A program made the translations under genes and the position numbers. A stretch of 64,000 nucleotides of DNA from a bacterium. GTDB lineage: Bacteria > Cyanobacteriota > Vampirovibrionia > Vampirovibrionales > Vampirovibrionaceae. The DNA lies in assembly GCA_030429585.1 (NCBI GenBank), contig JAUIEU010000001.1, forward strand, positions 1,827,848-1,891,847, read 5' to 3'. This document shows, piece by piece, positions 31,150 through 41,158 of the stretch; position 1 is the stretch's first letter, and each line of letters starts with the position of its first letter. The notes under the pieces are model-generated. The model was not told the DNA's origin. It worked only from the letters and a program-made list of their open reading frames with translations, and did no database searches.

Positions 31150-32130
31150 ATGGCTGCTGATACTGCTGCATTAGTGCCGAGTACCCACCATTACCCCATG
31201 CCGCCTGTGGCCGTGGTACTGGTGAATTATGGTGGTTGGCAAGATACCTTAGCTTGTTTAAAAAGCCTTTACCAGGCAGCGACCCCATTGTTGCACGTGG
31301 TGGTGGTGGATAATGCCTCGCCCAATGATTCGCTTGCCCATTTAACAGCGGCCCAACAACAAGCCAGTAAATATGGCGCTTTTCAGTTGGTGGCATCGCC
31401 TCGTAATACAGGGTTTAGTGGGGGCAATAATACAGGTATTGCGTGGGCCTTGCAGCAACCCATCTCGCCAGAATATATTTGGCTACTCAATAACGATACA
31501 ACGGTAAATACGGATACACTGCCCCAGCTAGTGCGCCAGGCGCGGGCCACCCAAGGCATTGTTGGCAGTGTGTTGCGCTACCCAGAAGGCACCTTTCAAC
31601 AAGGCGGTATTCGTCTTAACCCGTGGACGGGCCAATTGCGGGGCCAGCTAGAAACCACCCTGAAGCCAGGCTTGCCGGTAGATGCGGTGAGTGGGGCTAG
31701 TATGCTGATTCCCACGCCGGTTATTCGTAAGGTGGGGTTACTGCCGGAGGCGTACTTTTTGTATGTGGAAGATGTGGCGTATTGCCTAATGGCGAAGCAG
31801 GCGGGGGTTTCCGTAACCATTTGCCCCCAATCCACCGTATGGCATGAAGAAGGCGGCAGCACGGGGAAGCTACAAACGACAGAAGGTGACGCCGATACGG
31901 CGCGCCATAAGCCGCTAAACACCCAGTATTATTACCAGCGGAACCGGCTGGCTGTTATGCTGCGGTATTTACCGTGGCCCCAACAGGTTACCTGTTTGTT
32001 ATACACAGGGTTTCGGTGGCTCCGCATGGGGGTTAAAGCCGCCTTGGGTGGTGGCCAGGCCAAACAACGCTTTGTCACCTTTCATGCTGCCGTGGGTCAT
32101 GCCCTTGCAGGTCGCCTTGGGCCGATCTAG
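31150..32130 (+). CDS. Glycosyltransferase family 2 (rhamnosyltransferase-like)
   Basis: VVVDNAS, N.GFSGGNN.G, LLNND, GASML, YFLY.ED. Confidence 0.92.
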   Translation: MAADTAALVPSTHHYPMPPVAVVLVNYGGWQDTLACLKSLYQAATPLLHVVVVDNASPNDSLAHLTAAQQQASKYGAFQLVASPRNTGFSGGNNTGIAWALQQPISPEYIWLLNNDTTVNTDTLPQLVRQARATQGIVGSVLRYPEGTFQQGGIRLNPWTGQLRGQLETTLKPGLPVDAVSGASMLIPTPVIRKVGLLPEAYFLYVEDVAYCLMAKQAGVSVTICPQSTVWHEEGGSTGKLQTTEGDADTARHKPLNTQYYYQRNRLAVMLRYLPWPQQVTCLLYTGFRWLRMGVKAALGGGQAKQRFVTFHAAVGHALAGRLGPI

Positions 32131-32199
32131 CATAGGGAGCCACGGTTACGACTATCGTCGTTACCCAACAATATTTGGATGAATGGAAAGGCCCGATGG

Positions 32200-33342
32200 A
32201 TGGCACCCTCTTCTAACCCGATGAAGGCACTTGTATTGGCCGGTGGCACGGGCTCTCGCCTGCGCCCGCTAACCTATGCCTTGGCAAAGCAATTGGTGCC
32301 GGTGGCCAATCGCCCCATACTGTGGTTTGCCTTGGATGCCATTGTGCAGGCGGGTATCGCCGAGATTGGCATGATTATTAGCCCAGAAACCGGCGAGCAA
32401 ATTAAGGCCTCGGTGGGCGAGTGGCAGCAAACGCTAAGCCAGCCTGTGGCGGTTACCTTTATTGTGCAAGATGCCCCAAAAGGCTTGGCCCATGCGGTAA
32501 AAACAGCCCAAGGGTTTATTAATGGCGCCCCGTTTTTAATGTTTTTAGGTGATAATTTAATTGATGCAGACCTACAGAGCTGGTGCCAGCGCTTTTTAGG
32601 CAATGATGCGGTGTCGGCAAGTATTTTGCTTAAATCCGTACCGAACCCATCCAGCTTTGGAGTGGCCACGTTAGATGTTAACGGGCAAGTGACCCAACTG
32701 GTAGAAAAACCGAAAAATCCGCCCTCGGATTTGGCTTTGGTGGGCGTGTATTTATTTAGGCCTGCTATTTTTGATGCCATTGATGCGATTAAGCCCAGCG
32801 CCCGTGGTGAACTGGAAATTACGGATGCCATCCAACAGTTGATTACTGATGGCCAAGGGGTGAATGCCCAAGTGTATGAAAATTGGTGGCTGGATACTGG
32901 CAAAAAAGACGACTTGCTGGCTGCCAACGAAACCGTGCTTAATCATATGGCGGCCCACACCCCACCTTCTGTGGTGGAAGCCAGCCGCTTTGCTGGTGTG
33001 GCGATAACCGGCCCTGTGTGGCTGGCAGAGGATACCCAGCTAACCAACGTAACCATTACCGGCCCGGTGGCCATTGGCCCTGGCTGTGTGGTGGATAATG
33101 CGGTGCTTGGGCCTTACACCAGCTTAGGTGCGGGTAGCGTGGTGCAGCATGCCCAGGTAGCAGGTTCGGTGGTATTGCCAGGGTGCCGTGTGCAGGGGGT
33201 GTCGTTAACCACTAGTTTGCTTGGCCACCGTTGCCAAGTGGTGGATACTCCCACAACTGCTCCTCAGCAGGCATGGTCCGTTATGCTGGCCGATGATTCT
33301 CGGTGGCAGGGCGCGGGTGTACCAACCCTATTGGCGTTATAG
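32200..33342 (+). CDS. rmlA: Glucose-1-phosphate thymidylyltransferase (long form)
   Basis: LAGG.GSRLRPLT...AKQLVPVAN, EKP, PSARGELEITD, WLDTG; C-terminal beta-helix; start 32200 or 32221. Confidence 0.9.
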   Translation: MAPSSNPMKALVLAGGTGSRLRPLTYALAKQLVPVANRPILWFALDAIVQAGIAEIGMIISPETGEQIKASVGEWQQTLSQPVAVTFIVQDAPKGLAHAVKTAQGFINGAPFLMFLGDNLIDADLQSWCQRFLGNDAVSASILLKSVPNPSSFGVATLDVNGQVTQLVEKPKNPPSDLALVGVYLFRPAIFDAIDAIKPSARGELEITDAIQQLITDGQGVNAQVYENWWLDTGKKDDLLAANETVLNHMAAHTPPSVVEASRFAGVAITGPVWLAEDTQLTNVTITGPVAIGPGCVVDNAVLGPYTSLGAGSVVQHAQVAGSVVLPGCRVQGVSLTTSLLGHRCQVVDTPTTAPQQAWSVMLADDSRWQGAGVPTLLAL

Positions 33343-33349
33343 CCGCAAG

Positions 33350-34828
33350 CTATGTGGTGGATGTCATCGGGCAGTGGGCTAGGGCTTGCTGAACGCGGTG
33401 AGCAACCCGGTTGTTGCCGAGTAACCCTGTGTCTAGCAAATACAGCGTGGTGGCTAAATCGGCGCCACTGGTACGGCCTGTGGTGGCAGTGCGGATGGGC
33501 CACATGATGTTTTTAGGTTTTAGGGGCTTTAGGCTTTTCATTAGGGCCTTTAGCTCGGCGCCAATGGTGTCTGGGCTGGTTTTATCCCACGTAGGCCATT
33601 GGTTGGCAAAGGCGTGTAGCACGGTGGCGGCATCGGGGGTATTTAGCACGTCTGCTTTTAGTGCCTCGGGGATTTCCACATCTTGGCCAAAAAAGTAGGG
33701 GGTGGCTTCTGTCACATCCGTTAGTGTCACCAGCGGCTCGCGGATGGCTTCTAGCAGTAGGGCTTGTTGTTCTGGGGTGTATTCCATGCCTAAGGCCATT
33801 AGGTCGATGTAGGGAGACACACGCTCATACAAGGTATCCGTGTTGAGCTCTTTAATGTAGTGCTTGTTAAAAAAGTTGAGTTTGTCGGTTTCAAAAATAG
33901 CTGGGCTTTTAGAGATGCGATCCAACGTGAATTTTTTGGCGAGTTCTTCTAACGTGCCAAATTCATTCCCGTCTGGGGGAGACCACCCCAGTAGGGCCAG
34001 AAAGTTGCAAAAGGCTTCTGGTAGGTAACCCTGGGTCATGTAATCGGCCACAGCGGTGGCGCCAAAACGCTTGCTTAGTTTGCTGCGGTCCGGGGCTAAA
34101 ATCATGCTGGCGTGGGCAAACTCTGGGGTGGGGGCATCGCTGTACCCAATGGCTCTAAGGGCATCGTACATAAGCAGTTGGCGAGGGGTATTACTAATGT
34201 GGTCTTCGCCGCGAATGACATGGCTAATGGCCATGGCGCTGTCATCCACCACGTTGGCAAAGTTGTAGGTGGGGCACCCATCGCTTTTTAAAATCACAAA
34301 ATCGCCCAGCAGCTCGGTGTCAAAGCTAACGTGCCCGCGCACGGCATCGTTTAGTACCAGGGTGGTGTACGGCGTGGGGATGCGAAACCGTAGGCTGCCG
34401 TTGGTGGCCTCGCGGTGTTGGCGGTACACGTAGGGCTTGCCAGCGGCTTTGGCGGCATTGCGTTGGGCCTCTAATTCAGCATCCGTATCATCGGTGTAAT
34501 AGGCAAGGCCAGCCTTTAGCAAGGCCATGGCGGCGTTGGTGTAGTGCTCGCTGCGTTCGCTTTGTCGGTAGGGGCCGTAATCACCGCCCACGTCCGGGCC
34601 TTCATCCCATTGCAAGCCCAGGGCACGCAAGCCATCGTATATGTTTTGCTCGTACTCAGGTAAGGAGCGAGCCTTGTCGGTGTCTTCTACCCGTAAAATA
34701 AAGCTACCGTTGTGGTGGCGGGCAAACAGGTAGTTAAATAGGGCGGCGCGGGCGGTGCCAACATGCAGGTTGCCGGTGGGGCTAGGGGCAATACGGACGC
34801 GAACAGGGCGTGTCATAGCAAAAGTCAT
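33350..34828 (-). CDS. gltX: Glutamate--tRNA ligase
   Basis: RIAPSPTGNLHVG (HIGH), RGEDH.SNT, KLSKR. Confidence 0.96.
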   Translation of the reverse strand: MTFAMTRPVRVRIAPSPTGNLHVGTARAALFNYLFARHHNGSFILRVEDTDKARSLPEYEQNIYDGLRALGLQWDEGPDVGGDYGPYRQSERSEHYTNAAMALLKAGLAYYTDDTDAELEAQRNAAKAAGKPYVYRQHREATNGSLRFRIPTPYTTLVLNDAVRGHVSFDTELLGDFVILKSDGCPTYNFANVVDDSAMAISHVIRGEDHISNTPRQLLMYDALRAIGYSDAPTPEFAHASMILAPDRSKLSKRFGATAVADYMTQGYLPEAFCNFLALLGWSPPDGNEFGTLEELAKKFTLDRISKSPAIFETDKLNFFNKHYIKELNTDTLYERVSPYIDLMALGMEYTPEQQALLLEAIREPLVTLTDVTEATPYFFGQDVEIPEALKADVLNTPDAATVLHAFANQWPTWDKTSPDTIGAELKALMKSLKPLKPKNIMWPIRTATTGRTSGADLATTLYLLDTGLLGNNRVAHRVQQALAHCPMTSTT

Positions 34829-34911
34829 TTCATGCAGAAAGGGATACGCGCCCTATGGTACGCCTATGGCACGGCGTGTACAAGGCAGCAGGTTGGCTAC
34901 ATACGGTAAGC

Positions 34912-36024
34912 TTAGGGGGTGGTGGCAGCAGGCTCGGGGGGCAGTAGCTCTATGGCGGGGTGGATAGGCAGTACGGGTTGAGAGGCGGCAATAAAGGCAA
35001 CTGTGCCTACAGGCTTTTGGGGCTGCTTGCTGGGGGTAATGGCCTTAATGCTAACGGGGGCCACACCACTACCCAGTAACCCTACTTCTTGGGCGGCGGA
35101 TTTGGATAAATCAATAATGCGGCCGTGGGCATAGGGGCCCCGGTCGTTAATGCGCACAATGGTGCTTTTGCCGGTGCGGTGATTAGTCACTTGGACTAAG
35201 GTGCCAAAGGGTAGCGTTTTGTGGGCGGCCGTCATGCCGTACATATCGTAGCGCTCGCCATTGGCGGTACGGCGCCCGTGGAATTGGGGCCCATACCACG
35301 AGGCTTCGCCGGATTGTGCAAAGCCAGTGGGTTGGTAGTTGGCCAACTGCGAGTCAAAGGCATGTTTATCAATGCCAAAGTGCTTGTTTAGGTGGGTAAC
35401 CCATGCCTTGGCTAGGTTGTGGGTGGTAAAGTCGTCGTCACTATTCACGGCGGCGGCTTGGGCGGTATCCACCAGTAGTAAAGGCTGGTTGTTTAGTAAA
35501 ATAACGGTGTTACCGTCATCCACCGCTTGGGTGGCAAAGGTTTCTTTGGTTAGGGGTTGGCTAGTGCTGGCCATATATAATTTTCGGGTAATGGCCAAGG
35601 CCAGGGTGTAAGGCTCTGGCAGGGTGTCTGTTGCCCGTAGGCGGATGAGCTCGTGGCTATCTAGGTATATGCTAGCGTTAGCGGATTTTTTATGAGGAAT
35701 AACCCGCAGGTGCTGCTCTTTGGGGGCATGGTGGGTGGGGCGGCTACCGGTGGTTTGGGTGGCTTGTGGGCTGGGTAGTAAAGGGTAGCGGCGTTTTACC
35801 CGTAAAGTATCCGGTAGGGGGCGGATGTAAAACGTGGTTTCGCTGGGGGTGGTTGGTGGGGCGTTAAGGGCGGCGGCCATGGGGCTGCCAACCAATGTTA
35901 ATAGGGCCGTAATCGCTATCAATGCTGCAACCGTGCGATATTGGGCGGTGCTTAACCAGTGGGGGCGTTGCCGCCAAAGGCGTCGGCTGTGGGTTAGGGT
36001 GTGGCGGTGGGTGTGGTTTGCCAT
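34912..36024 (-). CDS. rlpA: RlpA-family lytic transglycosylase
   Basis: ASWYG..FHGR.TANGE.YD....TAAH.TLPFGT, VRINDRGP, IIDLS; start uncertain. Confidence 0.9.
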   Translation of the reverse strand: MANHTHRHTLTHSRRLWRQRPHWLSTAQYRTVAALIAITALLTLVGSPMAAALNAPPTTPSETTFYIRPLPDTLRVKRRYPLLPSPQATQTTGSRPTHHAPKEQHLRVIPHKKSANASIYLDSHELIRLRATDTLPEPYTLALAITRKLYMASTSQPLTKETFATQAVDDGNTVILLNNQPLLLVDTAQAAAVNSDDDFTTHNLAKAWVTHLNKHFGIDKHAFDSQLANYQPTGFAQSGEASWYGPQFHGRRTANGERYDMYGMTAAHKTLPFGTLVQVTNHRTGKSTIVRINDRGPYAHGRIIDLSKSAAQEVGLLGSGVAPVSIKAITPSKQPQKPVGTVAFIAASQPVLPIHPAIELLPPEPAATTP

Positions 36025-36286
36025 TACGGTAAAATCCTGTAGAGAGGGGGTTGCCGCTAGGGTAGAAAAAATCATTAAAAGCATAAAGTATAGAAGTGGG
36101 GTAGGTTAAGGGCGGGTGTGTAGGTATGTATAGGTAATGGTTAAGTAATAATGAGGATAAATAAAGGGAGAGGATAAGGAGTAGAAGCCCGGCAGGGAGT
36201 GATGTTCCGCAGGGGCGTTATGGATATTTGGTAGGTTAATGTTGGGCTACCCTCTCTTAAACATAAGCCGGAGACAACCGAGAAAT

Positions 36287-36320
36287 TGCTATAATTGTCG
36301 AATGTGTGAAGCATTTCACA
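36287..36320 (+). promoter_or_regulatory. Extended -10 promoter with adjacent perfect CRP/Rex-type palindrome
   Basis: TGcTATAAT 36287-36295; TGTGA-agcatt-TCACA 36305-36320. Confidence 0.65.
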
Positions 36321-36383
36321 CCGGGGGCTATGTTTGGTAGGCTGGTGGCTGCGTAGTATACGGATGTAGGATGATTAGTTGCC

Positions 36384-36821
36384 ATGTTGCATAAGCCTGT
36401 TCAATGGTTTTGGATGTTAATCAGTATCGCCATGATGGGGGTGCTGGTGTACGGCATTAGTATTAATGCCCACCATATGGTTATGGTGCAGTGGGCGGAT
36501 AATGTGTGGCCCAGTGTGATTTTAGCCGTGCCCTTGGCCGCGGCAGCCGTGATGGGTTTTTTGGCGGCGTGGGCTTGGATGCAGGCCACGGTGGTGGGCG
36601 AGCAACATGAAGGCAAGCAAGCCAATAAGCAGGCCCAAAAATCCAAATTAGCCCAAGAAGATGTACAACGCCAACTGACCCAGGCCAACCAAACCATTGC
36701 GACCCTAGAAACAGCCTTAAATAAGGCGTTAGCGTCTTCAGCGGCCCCGTCGTCGTCTGCGGCTGCCTCGCCAGAGAGTGCGGCCACGGCTTCTTCCGTG
36801 CCACCAGCAACTGAGCTGTAA
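36384..36821 (+). CDS. LapA-like membrane protein (two TMs plus coiled coil)
   Basis: TM-N-x3-V-x-V linker-TM then coiled coil ending 'I.TLE.AL.KAL'. Confidence 0.55.
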   Translation: MLHKPVQWFWMLISIAMMGVLVYGISINAHHMVMVQWADNVWPSVILAVPLAAAAVMGFLAAWAWMQATVVGEQHEGKQANKQAQKSKLAQEDVQRQLTQANQTIATLETALNKALASSAAPSSSAAASPESAATASSVPPATEL

Positions 36822-36823
36822 CC

Positions 36824-37672
36824 ATGGCCACCGAAAAACCGCCCTGGTTTTTAGTGTTTGGTACCCAGGCTGGGTGCGGCAAAACCACCATCGCCCAATT
36901 GTTTATGCGGGCCTTGTTGGCCAATAGTGCCCAACTGGCCACCACGGCAGCCACTGCCCCACACACAGAAGGTCTGGTGCTGTTGCGCCACCGCGATGCC
37001 TGGCAATGGCCCTTACTCACCACCGCCCTAGCGGTAGATAGCCCGGCGGTATTGAGTGAAGCGGCGATGGCGGCGTGGTTTCCTGCGGAAATGCATGGCC
37101 AACCCTTTGAAAAACAGCTAGAGCGGCTGGATTGGTGGCTGGCTGAGCAAGTGCGCTCTGCAGAAGGTGGGGTTTCTGTGTTGTGGGTGGGGGATGAACC
37201 GGAAAATCCTGCCTTGCCTATACCATGGCCGCTATTGTTAAAAGGGCTGCAACGCTTGGGCCAAAATACCCAATGGGTGGTATGGGATGCCCCGCCGGAT
37301 TCCTTGTGTGAGTCTTCGGTAGAGATGGGTACCATCCCTTTTAGTAAGGCGGTGCCGGTGTGGGTATTGCCTGCCCATAGCGCTTTACAGGATGTCCAGT
37401 CTCGGTGGGGTGTGTTTGGCCGCAGTGCTTTAGCGGCCAGCCACCCGGTGCAGGTGGTGTTAAACCATGTGTACCCTTCAGAAGTGGTGGCAGATGAAAA
37501 AGCCTTGATGCAGTGGTTGCAGCACCAGGCGGATGGGGCCCGTTATTGTGGCCAACTGCCCCATGTGCCCTTAAACCCGGCCAGCGGCACCGTTGTGGAT
37601 GCCTTGGATGATGATTTTGATACGGTGCTTGCCCGCATGAATACCCCCTTGCTGTGGCTGGGTAACGTGTAA
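36824..37672 (+). CDS. Degenerate dethiobiotin-synthase-like P-loop protein
   Basis: GTQAGCGKT resembles BioD GTDT.VGKT; 'VVLN' and 'G.LP' near the C-terminus; central motifs eroded. Confidence 0.5.
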   Translation: MATEKPPWFLVFGTQAGCGKTTIAQLFMRALLANSAQLATTAATAPHTEGLVLLRHRDAWQWPLLTTALAVDSPAVLSEAAMAAWFPAEMHGQPFEKQLERLDWWLAEQVRSAEGGVSVLWVGDEPENPALPIPWPLLLKGLQRLGQNTQWVVWDAPPDSLCESSVEMGTIPFSKAVPVWVLPAHSALQDVQSRWGVFGRSALAASHPVQVVLNHVYPSEVVADEKALMQWLQHQADGARYCGQLPHVPLNPASGTVVDALDDDFDTVLARMNTPLLWLGNV

Positions 37673-37696
37673 CGCGCCTAAGGGGCTTTGTTTGGT

Positions 37697-39097
37697 ATGT
37701 TGTCCACGTCGTCTACAATATCGCCTGTTCAATCACCGGCTGGGTTTTACTTGGCCAATCGGTCGTTGGGGTGGTGGCTGGTAGGGGTTACCTTTGCGGC
37801 TAGCTGGTTTGGGGCATCTTCTACCTTGGTTACCTTGGATGCTTTGGTGACCCGCGGCTGGAATGGCTTGTGGGATATCGCGATACCTTCCTTATTTAGT
37901 TGTGTGGTTATTGCCTTGGTGTTGGCACGTCGGGTATCGGCCTGGTGCCATACCAGAGAAACCGAGGGCTGCGGGGTGCTTTCTATGGCGCAGGCGGTGG
38001 GCCTGGCGTATGGCCCGGCAGGCCGGTGGGGCTTGGCGGTTATTATTGTGCTGGCGTCTACCACCTTTATGGCGGCCCAGTTGGTGGCCTTAGGGCAGGT
38101 GGCAGAAACTTTTCTACACTGGCCGTTAATAGCTACGGTGAGTGGTTTTGGGGCCTTGGTGCTGGTGTACTCCATTATGGGGGGGTACCGGGCGGTGGTG
38201 GTAACGGATGTGGCCCAATTGGCGTTGGTGGCCACGGGCTTAGCTGTGCCTTTGGCGGTGTTTGGGGTGATGAGTGTTTACGGTGAGGGTGTATCGCTTG
38301 TTGCGGCGCCGTCGCTGCTGGGTGATGGGGCCACGTGGCAGCCGAATAGCGTACAGTTGGGCACCGTGCTTACCTTTGTGTTGGGGTGGATTGTGGCCCC
38401 AGAAATGTGGCAACGCATGCAATCCTTGGCCCCTGGGCAGGATGCCCGAAAAGCCGCCTTGTGGGGGGTGGCCTTGTTGATGGGGCTGTTTGGTTTAATT
38501 ATGGTGCTGGCTGGGCTGGCCAGCCAATTGGGGTTTGGCGCGGCAGACGTTACCCAGCATGGTAGCGCTGGGGTGGTATGGGGGGCTTTGGCCCAGTGGG
38601 TTCATCACCCAGGCTTGCAAACCGTTATGCTGCTAGGGGTGGTGTGTGCCATTGCCAGCACCTTAGATAGCACCTTGAATGTGGGTAGCATGGTATTGGC
38701 CACTGATGTATGGGCGCCTACGTTCAAGGTCTCTCTATCGCCCTTGCGGCTTAGCCGCTTGGCCATGGTGGCTATGATGGTGGGGGCGTGGGTTATTGCC
38801 GTGCGCTTCCAGGATGTGTTGCATATTTTATGGTTATCGGCGGATTTTTACGCTTCTGTGGTGGCCTTGCCGGTGGTGGTATTGTTGTGTCAGCCAAACC
38901 ACCAGTTGCCTAGCAAGGCTGTGGCCCGCGCTGGGCGCTGGGCCATGGGGGTTGGGGCCACCGTAACGGTGGTGTTGCGCGTGTTGCCATTGGCGTGGCC
39001 TAGCCTAGCCTTACCCACGTGGCCATGGAGCACTTTATGGGCGGTACTGGCCAGCACGCTTACCTTTGTAGGGGTATGGCGGTTGGCTCGGCGGTAA
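37697..39097 (+). CDS. Sodium:solute symporter family protein
   Basis: FYLANR.L, ASWFG, YS.MGG.RAVV.TD..Q, WQR, ASTLDS.LN motifs. Confidence 0.9.
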   Translation: MLSTSSTISPVQSPAGFYLANRSLGWWLVGVTFAASWFGASSTLVTLDALVTRGWNGLWDIAIPSLFSCVVIALVLARRVSAWCHTRETEGCGVLSMAQAVGLAYGPAGRWGLAVIIVLASTTFMAAQLVALGQVAETFLHWPLIATVSGFGALVLVYSIMGGYRAVVVTDVAQLALVATGLAVPLAVFGVMSVYGEGVSLVAAPSLLGDGATWQPNSVQLGTVLTFVLGWIVAPEMWQRMQSLAPGQDARKAALWGVALLMGLFGLIMVLAGLASQLGFGAADVTQHGSAGVVWGALAQWVHHPGLQTVMLLGVVCAIASTLDSTLNVGSMVLATDVWAPTFKVSLSPLRLSRLAMVAMMVGAWVIAVRFQDVLHILWLSADFYASVVALPVVVLLCQPNHQLPSKAVARAGRWAMGVGATVTVVLRVLPLAWPSLALPTWPWSTLWAVLASTLTFVGVWRLARR

Positions 39098-39105
39098 GGT
39101 GTGCT

Positions 39106-39720
39106 TTAGGCAAGCCGGTTTAAAATAGGCTGTAGCTTTTGCTGATACGGGTTTTGAGGGGGGTTAACCGGGCGCGCGGGGTAACCGGTCATGGTGGCTT
39201 GGATAGGCGGGTGAGCGGCCAAAGAGGCGGCCCGCGAACGGTGTTGTGGCACGGCAGACGAAGAGGTTGGTGGCTGGGGTTGCCGGTGGCGTTTTACCCA
39301 TTGGGCCATGTAGGCATTTAGGGCTAGGGGGCGCAAAAAGGCGTAGCTAAGGGTTGCCCCCGCTACGGACCCCACCAATTTTTGCAGGGTTTTGGGCTTG
39401 GCACCTTTTGCCCCACCTAAGCCAGAAATAGCCATGCCCCCAAAAAAGCCAACAAAGTGGGCCAGGGCCCCAATGGTTTGTCGCACCACTTCGCTGCGTA
39501 CCATTAGGTTTTGCTCGTACTGGGGGGTGTTGGCGTGTTGCAACTGCCAGCGGGTCATTAGTGGGGTTAGTACGGCGCTGGGCACGTACATAAAGCCGCT
39601 CCAAAAAAGTACCTTGTCTTCTGGTGTTTTGGGGCGAAGACTGTTAGACAGGTTGCGTTGAAGCCGACGAAACACAGAGGCCGTCGGCACGGGCGGTCGG
39701 TGGAGGGGGATGCGTATCAT
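39106..39720 (-). CDS. Hypothetical protein with hydrophobic core and Pro/Gln-rich tail
   Basis: AAAGGAG SD upstream of ATG 39720; ends ILNRLA. Confidence 0.7.
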   Translation of the reverse strand: MIRIPLHRPPVPTASVFRRLQRNLSNSLRPKTPEDKVLFWSGFMYVPSAVLTPLMTRWQLQHANTPQYEQNLMVRSEVVRQTIGALAHFVGFFGGMAISGLGGAKGAKPKTLQKLVGSVAGATLSYAFLRPLALNAYMAQWVKRHRQPQPPTSSSAVPQHRSRAASLAAHPPIQATMTGYPARPVNPPQNPYQQKLQPILNRLA

Positions 39721-40059
39721 AGGATGGTCTCCTTTCGCGGGTGCTAGCCCGATCAAGTTCAATGGGTTTGCCACACAAGGCGGTGTAGCATCTCAGTCGC
39801 TCGTTAGGCTGGTTTTGGCCTATTTTAGCGACACCCCAGACAGGGAAAATAATGGTGTTGTTGCCAACACTGGGTAGCCTAAACCAAAGGCTAGTCGGAT
39901 CTCAAGAGGATGTAACCCAGCTTAATGTTGATTTAACGTGATGTTTGCTTGGTTTTGCCGCTCGTTTTAACTACAGTAATTGTGTGCCAACGTCTGTGCT
40001 GGCACCCTTAATACAGCTACTAATATAGCTATTCTGTGCGCTATAACTGAAAGTGATTG

Positions 40060-41154
40060 ATGATGACGCCCGTATCTGCCCCTGATGTTGACTCGTCTAC
40101 AACCCCTAACACTCACAATGTGCCCTATTTATGTAAGCCATTTATGGGTGAATCACTGGAACGGCCACCGGTGTGGTTTATGCGCCAAGCAGGCCGCTAT
40201 ATGGAAGAATACCGCGCTATCCGCAAAAAAGTTTCGTTTTTAGAGCTGTGCAAAGATCTTGATTTAGCCACAGAAGTGTCATTGCAGCCGTATAAAGCCT
40301 TTGGTATGGATGCCGTTATTATGTTTTGCGACATTTTAATTCCGCCAGAAGCCATGGGTATGGAGTTGCATTTTGGCGATGGTGGCCCTAAGTTTGCCGC
40401 GCCCTTAAATCACGTGGATGATGTCAAAAAACTAACCGTCCCTAACCCGGCGGATTCCATGGGGTTTGTAATGGACCTGCTGGGTAACTTGCGCAAAGAA
40501 TTAGCGAGCGACCCCCACACGGCTTTAATTGGTTTTGCGGGTGCGCCGTGGACACTGGCCACATACATGATTGAGGGCGGCACCAGCAAAAACTTTACTC
40601 GCCTAAAAGGCTGGATGTATGACCAACCCGACGCCTTGCATATGCTGCTAGATAAGCTAACGGATACGGTTATTGCTTACCTTAATGCGCAAATTGATGC
40701 AGGTGCCCAAGTGGTGCAGTTGTTTGATACTTGGGGCGGCCTGCTTGATGAAGCCGGCTATCGTGAGTTTGTACAACCTTATGCCAAGCGGGTGATGGAT
40801 AACTTAAACCGAAGCACCTCGCCAGCCATGTATTACATTAATACCGCCGCACATTTAACAGATGCGGTGTTAGAGATTCGTCCGGATGGGCTGAGTGTGG
40901 ACCACCGTGTACCGTTAACCGTTATGCGAGAGCGGGCAGCCGCCATGGGTATGCCTAATCTAGTGCTGCAAGGTAACATCGACCCTATTGCCATGTTGGC
41001 CAAACCAGAAAAATTAAAACCCATCGTCGAAAAATTACTGGTAGAAAACCAAGGTCAGCCTCACATCTTTAATGTGGGCCACGGCTTTATTCCACAAACG
41101 CCAACGCAAAATGTGCAGCATGTTGTTGATTGGGTGAAAGCTTACGGAGCCTAA
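40060..41154 (+). CDS. hemE: Uroporphyrinogen decarboxylase
   Basis: PVWFMRQAGRY, IGFAGAPWTLATY, QGNIDP, FNVGHG. Confidence 0.97.
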   Translation: MMTPVSAPDVDSSTTPNTHNVPYLCKPFMGESLERPPVWFMRQAGRYMEEYRAIRKKVSFLELCKDLDLATEVSLQPYKAFGMDAVIMFCDILIPPEAMGMELHFGDGGPKFAAPLNHVDDVKKLTVPNPADSMGFVMDLLGNLRKELASDPHTALIGFAGAPWTLATYMIEGGTSKNFTRLKGWMYDQPDALHMLLDKLTDTVIAYLNAQIDAGAQVVQLFDTWGGLLDEAGYREFVQPYAKRVMDNLNRSTSPAMYYINTAAHLTDAVLEIRPDGLSVDHRVPLTVMRERAAAMGMPNLVLQGNIDPIAMLAKPEKLKPIVEKLLVENQGQPHIFNVGHGFIPQTPTQNVQHVVDWVKAYGA

Positions 41155-41158
41155 CACC

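Noticed and set aside
36481-37335. Long antisense ORFs (this 284-aa one, 32274-32927 and similar)
   Set aside because: Shadow frames of better-supported genes, expected at this GC content and codon bias.
39730-39775. GGCAAAC...GCGAAAG on the minus strand as a c-di-GMP-I riboswitch
   Set aside because: Lacks the GNRA-capped P2 and the GGGACGCAAAGC and receptor elements in the right order.
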